In this document: positions 36,078-45,330 of the stretch, one piece after another
Position numbering within the stretch: position 1 is the stretch's first letter
How the letters are laid out: every line of letters begins with the position of its first letter
Source of the DNA: Bdellovibrionaceae bacterium UBA6776
Lineage (GTDB): Bacteria; Bdellovibrionota; Bdellovibrionia; Bdellovibrionales; UBA1609
Assembly (NCBI GenBank): GCA_002453155.1
Contig: DKGG01000039.1
Location: 3,714-67,713, forward strand
Direction: 5' to 3'
DNA length: 64,000 nucleotides
Notes under the pieces: generated by a model
Databases searched by the model: none
What the model was told of the DNA's origin: nothing
What the model saw: only the letters and a program-made list of their open reading frames with translations
Translations under genes and position numbers: made by a program

Positions 36078-37364
36078 TTACAGCTCGAGGCGCCCCTGGG
36101 TTTGGTTTTCATAGCTTTGGGACTTTGCAACTTTGCTCAAAAGTTGAGCTTTGATGTCGAAGGCCGAAGCCTCTGGATTTGCCGCCCATAATAGTGCTGC
36201 CGCTCCAGAAACAAAAGGAGTGGCCATGCTGGTCCCGCTGTAAGTTCCATAAGGAGCTTCACCCTCAGCAACCGCACTTTTTGGGAGAGTGCTGGAGATT
36301 TCACTGCCGGGGGCAAAGATGTTTACAAATCGGGCACTGTAGTTGGAGAAGGTCGACATATTTAAGCTCTGGTCGATGGACCCTACGGTCAGCTGAGTGA
36401 GGCCTTCAAAAGATGCCGGGTATTCGGGCCAAGTGTCCAAGTTGCTAGAACTGTTTCCTGCGGCAGAAACGAAGATCACATTCTTGTCGGCCAAAGAGCG
36501 AACTTCATCGCGAAGTGAAAGCGAGCACCCATTAGAGCCCCAGCTGGCGTTGATGATTTTGGCGCCCCGCTCCACGCCATAGCGAATGGCGCGGATTCCG
36601 TCTTCGATGGACCCTCCACCTTCCGGACCAAGAAAAGAAGCCGGAAGGATTTTAACTCCCGGGGCGATGCCCAGCACTTTGCTGTTTTCTGTGGCAACCG
36701 CTTCGCTGTGTTTGGCGGCGATGATTCCAGCCACGTGGGTGCCATGTCCTTCGGCGCCATTGTCACCAGTCAGTCCACGGTCAAAGTAAAAGTCGAAACC
36801 TTTCCAATCGTCCACGTAGCCATTTTTGTCGTCGTCGATGTTGTTAAAACGTTTGTCTTTGCCGTTTTCATCCAATCCAGTTTCGCCCTCGTTTTCCAAG
36901 ATTTGCGAAGCCAGTTGAAAGTGGTCCAAGTCCACACCGGTATCAATTACAGCAACGATGATTCCTTGGCCGTAAACGTTTTGGCTCCAGTATTTGTCGG
37001 CGTGAATTTGAATGGAACCCCAGTTGTTGAACCTTAAATCTTCCTTCACTTTCTTTTTGAGGGTGTTGGCTGAAGTGGGAATTAAAAAATCACTGGTGTG
37101 TATCGAGTAGTGAGGTTCCGCCGTTTGAATCTGATCTTTATGTTTTTCAAAATAGCCACTTAGAAATTCGTCTTCAGATTTTGCATGGATGACTTTCAAA
37201 TCTCCATTTTTGAGTCGCACCAAATATTCATTTTTAATGACCGATCCTTTGCAGGTGTAGCCTTCGGCTTTTTTGAAAACAGGTTCTCCGCTTTGTGGAG
37301 AACCGCAGGCTGAGAGAACTGAAATGGCCAATGCGAGAACGACGATTCGATAGAAACTGAACAC
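36078..37364 (-). CDS. Subtilisin-like (S8) serine protease, lipoprotein
   Basis: GTG start with GGAAGGGG upstream and lipobox VLSACGS. The catalytic triad contexts are VAVIDTGVDLDH (Asp), HGTHVAGIIAA (His) and SGTSMATPFVSGAAALL (Ser). Confidence 0.9.
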   Translation of the reverse strand: MFSFYRIVVLALAISVLSACGSPQSGEPVFKKAEGYTCKGSVIKNEYLVRLKNGDLKVIHAKSEDEFLSGYFEKHKDQIQTAEPHYSIHTSDFLIPTSANTLKKKVKEDLRFNNWGSIQIHADKYWSQNVYGQGIIVAVIDTGVDLDHFQLASQILENEGETGLDENGKDKRFNNIDDDKNGYVDDWKGFDFYFDRGLTGDNGAEGHGTHVAGIIAAKHSEAVATENSKVLGIAPGVKILPASFLGPEGGGSIEDGIRAIRYGVERGAKIINASWGSNGCSLSLRDEVRSLADKNVIFVSAAGNSSSNLDTWPEYPASFEGLTQLTVGSIDQSLNMSTFSNYSARFVNIFAPGSEISSTLPKSAVAEGEAPYGTYSGTSMATPFVSGAAALLWAANPEASAFDIKAQLLSKVAKSQSYENQTQGRLEL

Positions 37365-37619
37365 CTGAACAACCCCTTCCGTGGAGGCTCATTTGGTTAT
37401 CAAGATGGAGTGGCAATCCTTGCCCAGCGATGAAGACATCGCCCCCGTTTCTATATTTTCAGATCAGTGGAAATAGACCGCCAGTCCGGTTTTTCGTCGG
37501 TGTATTGGTTGCGCCTAACTTTGAGTAAAACTGGTCTCCGGTCCATATAAAAAAGTACGCATCTGGACACACGTCCAATGCGCTTTCTGGTGAATTTTCA
37601 AAAGAAATTTTTTTTAAAT

Positions 37620-38459
37620 CTAAGAAGAGTATTTTTTCGAATAGCGTTTGGTGAAGTCTTTCAGCGCAATAGAAAAATTCTTTTCTACTTTCTTTGCCAC
37701 TTCTTTCACATCTTCATGAGTCAACTTCACCTTAGACAATCCTGTCCCTAGGTTTGTGATGCAACTCATGCCCGCGACTCGAAGGCCTGCGTGATTGGCA
37801 GCAATGACTTCGGCCACAGTGGACATGCCGACGGCCCCTCCGCCAAGTTTTTTAAACATTTGGATTTCAGAAGCGGTTTCATAGGTAGGACCAAGCACTC
37901 CACAGTAAACACCTTTTGAATGACGAATTTTGTGAGCCTTCAAAGACTGCAGCAAAAGTTTTGTGAGGTCCTTATTGTAGGGTTCTGTCATGTCCACAAA
38001 CCGGGGGCCCAGTTCAGAAAGGTTTTCGCCGATCAGTGGATTGTTTCCCGTGAAATTGATGTGGTCCGTGATCACCATAAACTCGCCGGGCTTCATGGTC
38101 GCTTTCAATCCTCCTGCGGCATTTGTGACAACCACATCTTCGACCCCCAACATTTTTAAAGTGCGAAGGGGATGAACCACTTTTTGAAACTCTAAACCTT
38201 CGTAGGCATGAAGGCGGCCTTGTAAAACAGCCACTGAAACTCCATGAAGTTTTCCAAACAAGAGTTTTCCCGGATGCCCTTCGATCGTAGCCGATGAAAA
38301 ATGGGGAATGTCTGAAAACGAAAAGGAGTGTTCCAATTCAATCGAATTTCCAAAAGAGGCCAGCCCTGATCCCAAAACAAATCCAAGCTTCGGTGGAGTG
38401 GTAATTTTCTTTTCAAGAAACTCTTTGGATTCCATTAAATTTTTAAAAAGAGTGTTCAT
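37620..38459 (-). CDS. punA: Purine nucleoside phosphorylase (trimeric PunA/PNP-I type)
   Basis: 279 aa. It has GFVLGSGL, GRLHAYEG, VTNAAGGL and GMSTVAEVIAANHAG motifs. It overlaps deoA by 4 nt. Confidence 0.88.
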   Translation of the reverse strand: MNTLFKNLMESKEFLEKKITTPPKLGFVLGSGLASFGNSIELEHSFSFSDIPHFSSATIEGHPGKLLFGKLHGVSVAVLQGRLHAYEGLEFQKVVHPLRTLKMLGVEDVVVTNAAGGLKATMKPGEFMVITDHINFTGNNPLIGENLSELGPRFVDMTEPYNKDLTKLLLQSLKAHKIRHSKGVYCGVLGPTYETASEIQMFKKLGGGAVGMSTVAEVIAANHAGLRVAGMSCITNLGTGLSKVKLTHEDVKEVAKKVEKNFSIALKDFTKRYSKKYSS

Positions 38460-39766
38460 ACAATCCTTTCGTGGATGAGCGGCAACTTCTGAACCGGCTC
38501 ATTTTGAATTTCAAATGATTCTTGCAGATTTTTTAGAGCAGAAGACAGCTTCTTCTGATCTCGATAATAAAGTTTAAAAAGAGGTGCGCCCTTGCAAACT
38601 TCTTCTCCATGGTTTTGGAACACTTCAATTCCCACCTGAGGATCAATGTCATCTGAGCTTTTCATGCGACCGCCGCCCAAAAGAACACTGGCAACACCAA
38701 TCTTTCGATTGGAAAGAACTTTAAAAAATCCGGTTTCGTCCGCCGTCACAGTCAGTTCAAGGGTGCGTTTTCTTTGAAAGCTCGAAAGGTCCCCGCCTTG
38801 AGCAAAAACCATGCGTTCAAAATTCTCATAGGCCATTCCATTTTCAAGACGTTGAAGGCAAGCCTTGCGACATTCCTCCAATTCCGAATGATAACCACTG
38901 GCGTGGATCATTTCTGCTGCCAACTCAATGCTGAGGTCTAAAGTGTCTTGGTAGTTTTTGAAGCCATCCGAGGTGGGATTCAAAGTCAAAATTTCCAAGC
39001 ATTCGTGAACTTCGAGGGCATTCCCCACAAAGCGCCCCAAAGGCTGATTCATGTCCGTGATCAGTGAAGTTACCTTTAAGCCACTCAATTTTCCAATTTC
39101 ACTCAATTTTTTGGCAAGGTTCTGTGCCCTATCTATAGAGTCCATAAAAGCGCCGGATCCAACCTTTACGTCCATCACTAAGCTTTGTGTCCCCTCGGCA
39201 ATTTTTTTCGAAAGGATGCTGGCGCAGATCAGAGGAATGGAATCCACGGTGGAAGTCACATCTCTTAACGAGTACATGCGTTTGTCTGCAGGACAAATCT
39301 CCTCGGTTTGACCCACCAGAAAAAATCCAAGGTCTTTCATTTGTCTTTTCATCTGGCTGACAGAGAGCCGAGTTTCAAATCCAGGAATGCTTTCCATTTT
39401 ATCCAGGGTGCCCCCTGTAAATCCCAATCCGCGTCCGGCCATCATGGGCACAGGGATTCCAAATGAGGCCACCAGGGGAGCAATGATCAAACTGGTTTTG
39501 TCGCCCACTCCTCCGGTGGAATGCTTATCTGCTGGAGGGAGGTCAAAGTCCTCCCAATGAAATCTTTCGCCGGAATCAACCATGGCTTGAGTCAAAGTTA
39601 CGGTCTCGGCGTCTTCCAAACCGTTGAGGCAAACGGCCATCAGCCATGCGGCAACCTGATAGTCGGGAATTTGGTCGGAGGCATACTGACGAATGAATTC
39701 CTGAATTTCACTTTCGGTATGCTGGCCCCGTCGCTTTTTCGTTTGAATAAATTCTGTGACGATCAA
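38456..39766 (-). CDS. deoA: Thymidine / pyrimidine-nucleoside phosphorylase
   Basis: 436 aa. It has DKHSTGGVGDKTSLIIAPLVAS and GRGLGFTGGTLDK signatures. It overlaps deoC by 4 nt. Confidence 0.9.
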   Translation of the reverse strand: MIVTEFIQTKKRRGQHTESEIQEFIRQYASDQIPDYQVAAWLMAVCLNGLEDAETVTLTQAMVDSGERFHWEDFDLPPADKHSTGGVGDKTSLIIAPLVASFGIPVPMMAGRGLGFTGGTLDKMESIPGFETRLSVSQMKRQMKDLGFFLVGQTEEICPADKRMYSLRDVTSTVDSIPLICASILSKKIAEGTQSLVMDVKVGSGAFMDSIDRAQNLAKKLSEIGKLSGLKVTSLITDMNQPLGRFVGNALEVHECLEILTLNPTSDGFKNYQDTLDLSIELAAEMIHASGYHSELEECRKACLQRLENGMAYENFERMVFAQGGDLSSFQRKRTLELTVTADETGFFKVLSNRKIGVASVLLGGGRMKSSDDIDPQVGIEVFQNHGEEVCKGAPLFKLYYRDQKKLSSALKNLQESFEIQNEPVQKLPLIHERIV

Positions 39767-40440
39767 AACGAGCTCCCCCGGGTTTTAAGTTCATTTAAGA
39801 TTTTTACACTGGCGCTCAATCCCAATCGAGTGGCTCCGGCCTGAACCATAGCCTCTGCTGTTGCAAGATCTCGAATTCCACCACTGGCCTTGATGCCGCG
39901 GGAAAAATGCTGCTTCATCAACTGAATGTCCTCTACGGTGGCTCCAGATGTGGAAAACCCTGTGGATGTCTTTACAAAGTCTACTCCAGTGTCTTCACAG
40001 ATTTTGCAAACCTGGATTTTTTCATCCTCGGTCAGTAAGCAGGTTTCTAAAATCACTTTTAAGACCTGATCCTGACAAAGCTTTTTTAAGCGTTTCAATT
40101 CTGAATGGATCACATCCCAATTTTTATTTTTGACTTCGGTCAATCGAACAACGGTGTCCACTTCGTCTGCTCCAAGCCTCAAGGCTTCAGAACATTCGCT
40201 TTCCACTTGCGATTGAAGGTTCGAAGCCAAGGGAAAGTTGACCACAGTCGCCAATTTGACGGCAGAACCTTCCAGAGCTTTTTTGCAAAATTCCAAATGA
40301 TAGGGGTGCACGCATATGGCGAAGAACTTGTGCTCGCGAGCTTCGGTGCAAAGTTTTTGAAGGTCTTCATTTTTGGAGTCGGGCTTAAGAAGGGTGTGAT
40401 CCACCAGATTTACGAAACTTTCGGGGTTCAATGGAACCAT
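39763..40440 (-). CDS. deoC: Deoxyribose-phosphate aldolase
   Basis: 225 aa. It has IDHTLLKPD-like VDHTLLKPD, the Schiff-base region DFVKTSTGF, and IKASGGIR. Confidence 0.9.
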   Translation of the reverse strand: MVPLNPESFVNLVDHTLLKPDSKNEDLQKLCTEAREHKFFAICVHPYHLEFCKKALEGSAVKLATVVNFPLASNLQSQVESECSEALRLGADEVDTVVRLTEVKNKNWDVIHSELKRLKKLCQDQVLKVILETCLLTEDEKIQVCKICEDTGVDFVKTSTGFSTSGATVEDIQLMKQHFSRGIKASGGIRDLATAEAMVQAGATRLGLSASVKILNELKTRGSSF

Positions 40441-40485
40441 GATTTAATCCTTTTAATTTCGTCAAAATGCTTCTAACTTATTGTT

Positions 40486-40800
40486 ATGAGCTTAGTTCTG
40501 AGACACTACTTGATTTCTGGTCGAGTTCAAGGGGTGGGATATCGTGCATTTAGTCAGGAGCAGGCAGAGAGCCTGGGCCTAAAAGGTTGGGTGCGCAATT
40601 TAAATTCTGGAGAGGTTGAAATTCTGGCGGAAGGATCTCCTTTTGCTTTGCAGGAATTTGAAAAGGCTCTTAAGGAAGGTCCCGCGTCGTCTCAGGTGGA
40701 TGGGTTAAAATTTGTGGATCTCAGTGATCCCATGGAGCTGTCTGGCTTCGAAGTGATTGAGAACGGGGAAGAACCATGGCGCAAAGACTCTTTTGTATGA
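40486..40800 (+). CDS. acyP: Acylphosphatase
   Basis: 104 aa. ISGRVQGVGYRAF and GWVRNLNSGEVEILAEG are the two acylphosphatase signatures. Confidence 0.85.
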   Translation: MSLVLRHYLISGRVQGVGYRAFSQEQAESLGLKGWVRNLNSGEVEILAEGSPFALQEFEKALKEGPASSQVDGLKFVDLSDPMELSGFEVIENGEEPWRKDSFV

Positions 40801-41195
40801 AGTGGCTGATGATTTTAACCCTTTCCGTGGGGTTGGGATTCGGCTCCTTACCTGTGGCTCACGCTCAGGCGGCAGCCAACTATTCGGGAACGCCCGGTCC
40901 CAAACGTCAATTGGCTACAATCATTTTTGCGGGTCTTGGCGGAGCTGTGATGGGCTTATCCACTTTGAGTTTTTACGGCAGACCTCAAGATAACTTGAAC
41001 AACATTGCAATTGGGTTTGCCATTGGAGTGATTTCCGGAACTTTGTACACCACTTATCAAGCCGCCGCCCAACCGCGCTCTTTTTATTCGCTGTTAGAAT
41101 CTGAAGGCTTGAGTGAAATGGAGCGCAACCAAGATCGCTTCGCACTGTCGCGAAACTCCGTGGTGGCTCCATTGAGTTATCAGATTTCTTTTTAA
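40797..41195 (+). CDS. Hypothetical secreted/membrane protein with Gly-zipper-like segments
   Basis: The ATG at 40797 overlaps the acyP stop (ATGA). It has the signal peptide MKWLMILTLSVGLGFGSLPVAHA and two Gly/Ala-rich hydrophobic segments. I recognised no family. Confidence 0.5.
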   Translation: MKWLMILTLSVGLGFGSLPVAHAQAAANYSGTPGPKRQLATIIFAGLGGAVMGLSTLSFYGRPQDNLNNIAIGFAIGVISGTLYTTYQAAAQPRSFYSLLESEGLSEMERNQDRFALSRNSVVAPLSYQISF

Positions 41196-41510
41196 TTAGT
41201 TTCCAAAGAGATACTTCACTTTAACAGAAGCAACTTCATCACCTTCATTTGCGCCACCGACTTTTTGAACCACTTCAACTTCATAAGAAGCAGATCCAAC
41301 GGCAGCTCCGTTTGAAAGGGTCACTTCCCACTTCTCAGACAAGACTTCTGCTGTGTTTTTTGTCTCCAACAATTTTACGGAAACGCTGTCCCCAGAGCGC
41401 ATATACATGGTTGTGACTGTCGATTGCGCAAGCTCTTTGAAAAGCGTGGTTTCACCCGCAAATGCATTTAGAGCGAAAAATGTTAGTGCCATAAATAGAA
41501 CTGATTTCAT
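41196..41510 (-). CDS. Small secreted hypothetical protein (104 aa)
   Basis: It has the signal peptide MKSVLFMALTFFALNAFA and a beta-rich mature part. GGAGGTCC lies upstream of the ATG. Confidence 0.5.
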   Translation of the reverse strand: MKSVLFMALTFFALNAFAGETTLFKELAQSTVTTMYMRSGDSVSVKLLETKNTAEVLSEKWEVTLSNGAAVGSASYEVEVVQKVGGANEGDEVASVKVKYLFGN

Positions 41511-41659
41511 TAGGACCTCCCCAGTTTTTTAATGTTTGGAAGTTTCCTAGCATAGGGTGGCGGTGATCCTATAGGTGATTTTTCGCGCTGAAATTGTTAC
41601 ATGAGAAAGCTTCCATGCAAGCAAGAGATCTTCATGCTGTGGACAAAATCTTAAAATCT

Positions 41660-43003
41660 CTAGCCGGTCTTTTTTCCGAATCCAAAGAAGCCTGTTTTCT
41701 TTTTGGTTCCACCACCAACATCTTCATGAATTTTAATCCCAGAGTCTGAAGGGGGTGGAGTGGCTGCGGGCTTTGAAGCCGCGGGAGCTGCAGGTCGTTT
41801 CTCAGCTGAAATTGGAGCGGGAGCTGTACCAGGAGCATTGTTTCGCGCCACTTGCGGACGAGGGAATTCCCGCGCTGACGGTTCGGAAGGAGTTGCGGGA
41901 CGAGGAGGAGCTTTTCTCTCGGGAGCGCCTGTACCACCACTTCCACCGCCAGATCCTGAAGAGTCAGAGGAAGCGCTCTTTCCGAGAAAAGCATCCGCAT
42001 CTTTCTTCGAAACCTTTCCTTGAGAAACCAGCTCCGACAAGTGCTTTTCAAAAGTCATCATTCCGCGGTTGCCACCAACTTGCATGGCCGATGGAATTTG
42101 AAAGGTTTTTCCTTCGCGAATCAAATTCCCTACCGCATGGGTGTTCACTAAAACTTCCAAAGCTGCCACGCGACCGGGTTTGTCCGCCCGTTTAAAAAGA
42201 GTCTGTGCAACCACTCCGCGCAAACTTTCCGAAAGCATGGTTCGCACCTGAGCTTGCTGGGCTTCGGGAAAAACGTCGATGATACGATCAACGGTTTTTG
42301 CGGCACTGTTGGTGTGAAGAGTTCCAAACACCAAGTGACCCGTTTCCGCAGCGGTCATTGCCAAGCTGATGGTGTCTAAATCCCTCATCTCACCCACAAG
42401 GATAATGTCTGGATCTTCACGCAAAGCTGCTTTCAGGGCCGAAGCAAAAGATTTGGTATGGCTGGAAACTTCCCGTTGGTTGATCAGCGATTTTTTATTT
42501 TCGTGAACAAATTCGATGGGATCTTCAATGGTCAAAATGTGTTCGTTGCGAGTGCGATTGATCTCGTCAATCAAAGCAGCCAAGGTGGTCGACTTTCCAG
42601 ATCCGGTGGGTCCGGTCATCACAATCAAACCGCGAGGGACATTGATCAAATCAATCAACCCTTTAGGAAGATTCAAATCCTTCGGGGTTAAAATTTTCTC
42701 AGGGATCACTCGGAAGGCGGCACCCAAACCTCGGCGTTGCATGAAAACGTTCACACGAAATCGTCCCACTCCCGGCAAGTGGTAAGAGCAATCCAGCTCC
42801 CAGGTTTCAATAAAAAGCTTTTTTTGTTTCTCAGTGAGGATCTCAAAAACCAAACGTTGTGTGGCTTCGGGAGTTAAATCCGGTTGCTCCAGACGTTCCA
42901 TTTTTCCATGAATACGAACAATGGGAGGTGCCCCTGTTGATAAGTGCAAATCAGAACCGCCATGCTCAACCATGTATTTAAAAAGCTTGTCGATTTCAGC
43001 CAT
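41660..43003 (-). CDS. pilT: Type IV pilus retraction ATPase PilT with a ~100-aa low-complexity C-terminal extension
   Basis: It has Walker A GPTGSGKST, Asp box and Walker B DPDIILVGEMRD, and His box GHLVFGTLHTNSA, plus the PilT-type AIRNLIREGK-like AVGNLIREGK. The residues after about aa 345 are Ser/Gly/Pro/Ala-rich. Confidence 0.9.
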   Translation of the reverse strand: MAEIDKLFKYMVEHGGSDLHLSTGAPPIVRIHGKMERLEQPDLTPEATQRLVFEILTEKQKKLFIETWELDCSYHLPGVGRFRVNVFMQRRGLGAAFRVIPEKILTPKDLNLPKGLIDLINVPRGLIVMTGPTGSGKSTTLAALIDEINRTRNEHILTIEDPIEFVHENKKSLINQREVSSHTKSFASALKAALREDPDIILVGEMRDLDTISLAMTAAETGHLVFGTLHTNSAAKTVDRIIDVFPEAQQAQVRTMLSESLRGVVAQTLFKRADKPGRVAALEVLVNTHAVGNLIREGKTFQIPSAMQVGGNRGMMTFEKHLSELVSQGKVSKKDADAFLGKSASSDSSGSGGGSGGTGAPERKAPPRPATPSEPSAREFPRPQVARNNAPGTAPAPISAEKRPAAPAASKPAATPPPSDSGIKIHEDVGGGTKKKTGFFGFGKKTG

Positions 43004-43097
43004 TTCAGAGATCTCCTTGTCTTTCTACTCGGCATGTTATCCGGGCCTCTTTAACAACAGTTGTGACCCGACTAAAGATCAGATAGGGTTTCAAAAT

Positions 43098-44639
43098 ATG
43101 TCTGCCGAAATTCTTGTGAACATCCGTCCCAACCTGACCCGAGTCGCCTTCGTTGAAGAAGGTGTGTTGATGGATTTTAAGGAAGAGCGGGCGGCCTCTC
43201 CGACTTTGGTCGGGAGCATTTTTCGCGGCAAAGTGCTTCGTGTGCTTCCTGGAATGCAGGCCGCCTTTGTGGACATTGGTCTTGATCGCTCCGCTTTTCT
43301 TTATGTGGGGGACGTTCGTCAGGATGTGGAAAGCCCACCGGCCTTTTTGCTGGAAGAAGATGAAGAAAAATCAGATGGAGGCGGGGAGGAATCTGGAGAA
43401 GGCGGCGACGTCAACACTCCCATTCAGGATCTTCTTCATCCGGGCCAAATGATCATGGTTCAAGTGGCCAAGGATCCCTTGGGAACCAAGGGCGCGCGGA
43501 TCACCACCCACATTTCCTTTGCGGGAAGGCATTTGGTTTACATGCCGACAGTCAATCACCTGGGGGTGAGCCGAAAGATCGAGTCGGAAGAAGAGCGCAC
43601 CCGCTTGCTCAATATCGTTCAAGAACTCAGGCCTGAAGGGGGCATCATTGTCCGAACAGCCTGCGAAGGGGCCGCCAAGGACAACATTGAAGCGGATTTG
43701 GATTACCTGCAGCGGCTTTGGAAGGGCGTGGATAAGGCTTACAATAAGCGAAAAACGCCTGGTTTGATCCATGCCGAGTTGGATGTGGAGCTTCGAGCTT
43801 TGCGGGATCTTTTGAGAGATGGAATTCAAAGGGTGCGAGTGGATGATGCCAAGGCTCACAAAAAAATCGTCAACTTCATTGGGCAGTTTATGCCCAAATA
43901 CAAAGACTGCGTGGAACTTTACGAAGGCAAGGCCTCTCTTTTTGACCTTTATGATGTGGACCTGGAGATCTCTCGCGCATTGGAGAGAAAGGTTTGGCTA
44001 AAATCCGGAGGCTACATTGTTATCGATGAGGCTGAGGCCCTGGTTGTAATTGACGTGAACACCGGTCGTTACGTGGGCAAAAAAGATCTGGAAGACACCA
44101 TTTTGAAAATCAACCTGGAGGCGGTGAAGGAAATCGTTCACCAACTGAGGATCCGGAACTGTGGTGGGATTATCATCATTGATTTTATCGACATGGATAA
44201 GCCGGTTCACCGCGAGAAGGTCATGGCTCAATTGGAGCAGGAGTTGGCCAAGGACACGGTTCGAACCACTTTGACACCCATGTCTGAGTTTGGGTTGGTG
44301 GAAATGACCCGAAAAAGGACCCGACCGAGCTTGGTTTCCAGCTTGTGTGAGCCCTGTCCTTACTGTGACGGAACCAGTTATGTGAAAAAAGTATCCACCG
44401 TGGCTCAGGAAATTTTTATGGCCCTTGAGCGGGAACCTTTGGACGGTCCCAGGGAACCGGGCCGGGGCTTGGTGGTTCGCTGCCGTGGGGACGTGGCCGA
44501 TTGGATTTACGGGGAAGAGCAAGAGACTTTGGAGTTCATCGAGAAGCGCATTGGTCAGCCTGTGGTGTTTCGCGTCGAGCAGGATTTTCATGTGGAGCAG
44601 TTCGAAGTGGGCGACCAGCTGCAAGCAGAAAACCTTTGA
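43098..44639 (+). CDS. rng: Ribonuclease G (RNase E/G family)
   Basis: I prefer the ATG at 43098 (MSAEILVNIRPNLTRVAFVEEG) over the tracked 42921. It has an S1 domain GSIFRGKVLRVLPGMQAAFVDIG, then GGYIVIDEAEALVVIDVNTG and GGIIIIDFIDM catalytic-core motifs, and a C-terminal CPYCDG zinc link. Confidence 0.88.
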   Translation: MSAEILVNIRPNLTRVAFVEEGVLMDFKEERAASPTLVGSIFRGKVLRVLPGMQAAFVDIGLDRSAFLYVGDVRQDVESPPAFLLEEDEEKSDGGGEESGEGGDVNTPIQDLLHPGQMIMVQVAKDPLGTKGARITTHISFAGRHLVYMPTVNHLGVSRKIESEEERTRLLNIVQELRPEGGIIVRTACEGAAKDNIEADLDYLQRLWKGVDKAYNKRKTPGLIHAELDVELRALRDLLRDGIQRVRVDDAKAHKKIVNFIGQFMPKYKDCVELYEGKASLFDLYDVDLEISRALERKVWLKSGGYIVIDEAEALVVIDVNTGRYVGKKDLEDTILKINLEAVKEIVHQLRIRNCGGIIIIDFIDMDKPVHREKVMAQLEQELAKDTVRTTLTPMSEFGLVEMTRKRTRPSLVSSLCEPCPYCDGTSYVKKVSTVAQEIFMALEREPLDGPREPGRGLVVRCRGDVADWIYGEEQETLEFIEKRIGQPVVFRVEQDFHVEQFEVGDQLQAENL

Positions 44640-44755
44640 AGCTTTTTTAGGCAAAATCCCCTTTTTAAGCAGGTTTAAGCCTTGACAGTGAGCGGTGCGC
44701 CGTGGCACTTACCAGTGGTTTCGGCGCAATCTTTTATGTTCTGGAGGTCAGTGCA

Positions 44756-45316
44756 ATGTACGCCATTATCCGCACAGGCGGGAAACAATACCGGGTCAAA
44801 GCCGGTGACGTAATTCGAGTAGAGAAATTTGACGGAGATTTAGGTTCTGAATTGGACCTTACAGACGTGATGTTTGTGGGTGGAGATAAGAATTTTATTG
44901 GAACTCCAGTTGTTAAGGATGCCAAGGTGACTGTGGTTGTAACAAACCAAGCCCGTGGGCCAAAGTTGATCGTGTTCAAAAAGAAGCGTCGTCAGGGTTA
45001 CCGACGAACCAATGGACACAGGCAGCCCTTCACAGAGATTTTCGTGAAATCAATTTCAAGTCCAGAAGGCCAAACTTCAAAGGCTGACAGTGAGCCTCAG
45101 GTGTATGATGCTGAAAAACGCGCTCAACGCTTGATGAAATCTGCTCAGATCCGTGAAGAGAAAAAGGGCCCTGGTCAGAAGACAGCAAAAGCAGCGAAGA
45201 AAAAAACTGCAGCTTCAAAGAAGAAAGTGACCAAGAAAAAGGTTACTAAAAAGTCTTCTGCGAAGAAGTCGACTGCAAAAAAAGCAACCAAGAAAAAGAC
45301 GAGCAAAAAGAAGTAA
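44756..45316 (+). CDS. rplU: 50S ribosomal protein L21 with an ~80-aa Lys/Ala-rich C-terminal extension
   Basis: The ATG at 44756 follows GGAGG. MYAIIRTGGKQYRVKAGDVIRVEK is the canonical L21 N-terminus. The core ends near aa 105 and is followed by a KKKTAASKKKVTKKKVTKKSSAKKSTAKKATKKKTSKKK tail. Confidence 0.9.
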   Translation: MYAIIRTGGKQYRVKAGDVIRVEKFDGDLGSELDLTDVMFVGGDKNFIGTPVVKDAKVTVVVTNQARGPKLIVFKKKRRQGYRRTNGHRQPFTEIFVKSISSPEGQTSKADSEPQVYDAEKRAQRLMKSAQIREEKKGPGQKTAKAAKKKTAASKKKVTKKKVTKKSSAKKSTAKKATKKKTSKKK

Positions 45317-45330
45317 GAGGAGTTTGAGAA

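Noticed and set aside
43998-44708. 236-aa ORF on the minus strand
   Set aside because: It is antisense to rng (RNase G) and has no recognisable domain.
44682-44711. TTGACA -35 hexamer upstream of rplU as a promoter
   Set aside because: At 17-18 nt spacing the -10 candidates (GCACTT/CACTTA) match TATAAT at only one or two positions, so it is not reported as a feature.
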